From positions 32,612,001 to 32,676,000 of the forward strand of contig NC_043007.1 of the NCBI RefSeq assembly GCF_006345805.1: DNA of 64,000 bases. Direction: 5' to 3'. The notes under the pieces were generated by a model. That model did not search any database and was not told the origin of the DNA. It saw only the letters and a program-made list of their open reading frames with translations. Each line of letters begins with the position of its first letter. Positions within the stretch are counted from its first letter, which is position 1. This DNA comes from Octopus sinensis. Lineage: Eukaryota. Shown one piece after another: positions 61,301-64,000 of the stretch. Made by a program: the position numbers and the translations under genes.

Positions 61301-64000
61301 GAGTTTTTCTATCAGGAATCAAATTTAAAGCAAACAGAAAATGGAGAAATATTGGTCAACAACAACTGGCTAACATCAATTATTACTTTTTAATGCATAT
61401 TTTTCTACTATAAAAGTTGGGTCACCAGAGGGTCAATGTTATCAGTGAAAAGCAATGGGCAAAGTAGATAAAGCAGAGATTAAGCATGGTATGGGTGATG
61501 ATAAGAGGGAAAACAAGCGGATCAGAAATGTTTGGATAGAGGTAACATGAAGCCAGCCAGTTACAAGGAGCAGAAGATAGAAAAGGTGGGAGGAGGTGAG
61601 TGTAGGTCTGGGAGCCAGAAGTTGGAGTGGGTTAGAGAACCATTTCACTGGGATACAGTCTACATTGTATTAAAAAGTAATAATTGACTCTTAGTAAATT
61701 GTTGAACAATATTTCTCCATCTTCTGTTTACTTTATATATATCACGCACACATACACACATATATATATAGGCGTAGGAGTGGCTGTGTGGTAAGTAGCT
61801 TGCTTACGAACCACATGGTTCTGGGTTCAGTCCCCACTGTGTGACACCTTGGGAAAGTGTCTTCTACTATAGCCTCAGGTCGACCAAAGCCTTGTGAGTG
61901 GATTTGGCAGACGGAAACCGAAGGAAGCCTGTCGTATATGTGTGTGTGTGTATGTTTGTGTGTCTGTGTTTGTCCCCGCCAACATCATTTGGCAACCGAT
62001 GCTGGTGTGTTTACGTCCCCCGTAACTTAGCGGTTCCGCAAAAGAGACCGATAGAATAAGTACTAAAGCTTACAAAGAATAAGTCCTGGGGTCAATTTGC
62101 TTGACTAAAACGGAAGTGCTCCAGCATGGCCACAGCCAAATGACTGAAACCAGTAAAAGAGCAAGAGCAATACATGTATACATCAACATGGATGTGCTGT
62201 GAGAAAACCTGCTGTAAATTACAGAATTCATCTTGGGAAGGCAACGAGTAATAGACATATAGTGCTAGAATAAGCACAGAAGTATACAGAGGGAGAAGAG
62301 AAGTGTCCAGTGGTGAGAGCGGAATTGCAAGATCCAAGGATCAAGCTGGACATTTGCCACCCGCTGCCAATACATCTTAGGTTTTTAGCATTATACGTCT
62401 ATTTGAGATGCTTTCTCCAACAGGAATACTGCAGTATTGAGCCTTCCTTACATCATATCCACATTAAGTAAGATATACATTGCTATTCTGAATATATATA
62501 TAAGTAAGATATACATTGCTAATTCCATTACCAATTACATATCACACACACATATATATATAATCACATATATATGTACACACATACATTCACATATATG
62601 TATATACATACATTATGGTACACAAAAACACTGAGATTTCAGTATCCAATATATATATATATTTTTTTTAGACCCCCTTCGGTCATGAGTGACCATGGGA
62701 TTGCACCTAGAAAGTTACCCTCCTAGACACAAGTCCAAGCAAGGTTGTTTATGGAAGACCAGCAGTCGCCCATGCATACCGGCCTCCCCTCTCCACGCCA
62801 CCAGTGTTATCCAAGGGAAAGACAAAGGTCGATACAGCTTGGCACCTGTGACGTCGCAACTCATTTCTACAGCTGAGTGAACTGGAGCAACGTGAAATAA
62901 AGTGTCTTGCTCAAGAACACAACACGCAGCCCGGTTTGGGATTTGCACTCACAACCTCACGATCGTAAGCTCGACGCTCTAACCACTGAGCCATGCGCCT
63001 TCACACACACACATATATATATATATATATTGGATACTGGTGCCCCAGCATGGCCGCAGCCTTCAGGCTGAAACATTTTTAAGGATATATATATATATAT
63101 ATATATATAACACACATATATATATCACATATATATGTACATACACACATTCACATATATGTACATACATACATGCCGATACACAAAAACACACAGAGAT
63201 TTTAGTATCCATTACAATTATAAGATAACTGGTAGTTGGCTGAGCTTAGCTGTACATGTGTGACACCGTTATCAAGTTTGGTGCACATGTAAACACAAGA
63301 GGCTGATAATACTGCGCTGGAATTGTGCGATATGCACAGCTTACTAAAGCGGTGGCAAGGAAGGTGGTAACACCAATGTTTTGTGTAATTGCCGTTGGTG
63401 CATTAAGATTATTTATATAACAGGGATGGAATTAGTGAAATAGTGATCTTATCGTTCACTTGTTTCAGTCATTGGACAGCGACCATGCTGGAGCATCGCA
63501 TTGCAGGGTTCCAGTCAAACAAACTGACTTCAGTATTCTCCTTTTTTCACTCTTTTACTTGTTTCAATCATTTGACTGCGGCCATGCTGGAGCACCGCCT
63601 AGTCAAACAAACTAACCCCAGGATATTCTTTGTAAGCCTAGTACTTATTCTATCGGTCTCTTTTGTCGAACCGCTAAGTTACGGGGACGTAAACATACCA
63701 GCATCAGTATTTATTTTATTTTATTTTTTCAAATCTAGTGTTTATTTCATCAGTTTCATAATGCCGACCCGCTAAGTTACGGGAACACAAACACACACCT
63801 GTATATTCTTTTACTTGTTTCTGGCATTTGACTGCGGTCATGCTGGGGCACCACCTTAAAGGTCTTCAGTCGAAGAAATTGACCCCCAGGACTTATTCTT
63901 TGTAAAGCCTAGGGCTTATTCCACCAGTCTCTTTTGCTGAACCAGTAAGTTACAGGGACATAAACACACCAGTATTGACTGTCAAGCAATGGTAGGGGTA

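Overview
AT-rich, repeat-dense animal genomic DNA. Its SINE/LINE/MITE content is most consistent with an octopus (coleoid cephalopod); that assignment is an inference. Two intron-containing genes lie tail-to-tail. (1) AP-4 complex subunit mu-1 (AP4M1) on +: 12 GT-AG coding exons from 79 to 19816, with the start-codon exon upstream of the window. (2) A divergent calmodulin-like gene on -: probable ATG micro-exon at 45813-45815, then exons 43619-43649, 34874-35017, 32050-32292 and 27651-27670. It encodes 146 aa, 89/146 identical to canonical CaM by my hand alignment, with an E-to-Q change at position 12 of EF-hand 1. Almost all supplied ORFs are chance frames through repeats. The rest of the window is several SINE families, CR1 and RTE LINE relics, mariner relics, piggyBac-, hAT- and foldback-type MITEs, Helitron/Helentron-like elements and microsatellites. 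The most striking observation is a tRNA-headed SINE-like family carrying a minimal type-I hammerhead ribozyme fold. One copy (8493-8538) looks intact, lies sense in an AP4M1 intron, and sits in an element with a 13-bp TSD and a 5' inverted tail of the kind seen in Penelope-like insertions. Two decayed copies occur at about 48.2 kb and 57.8 kb. Exon, TSD and ribozyme coordinates were counted base by base; SINE/LINE boundaries are approximate.
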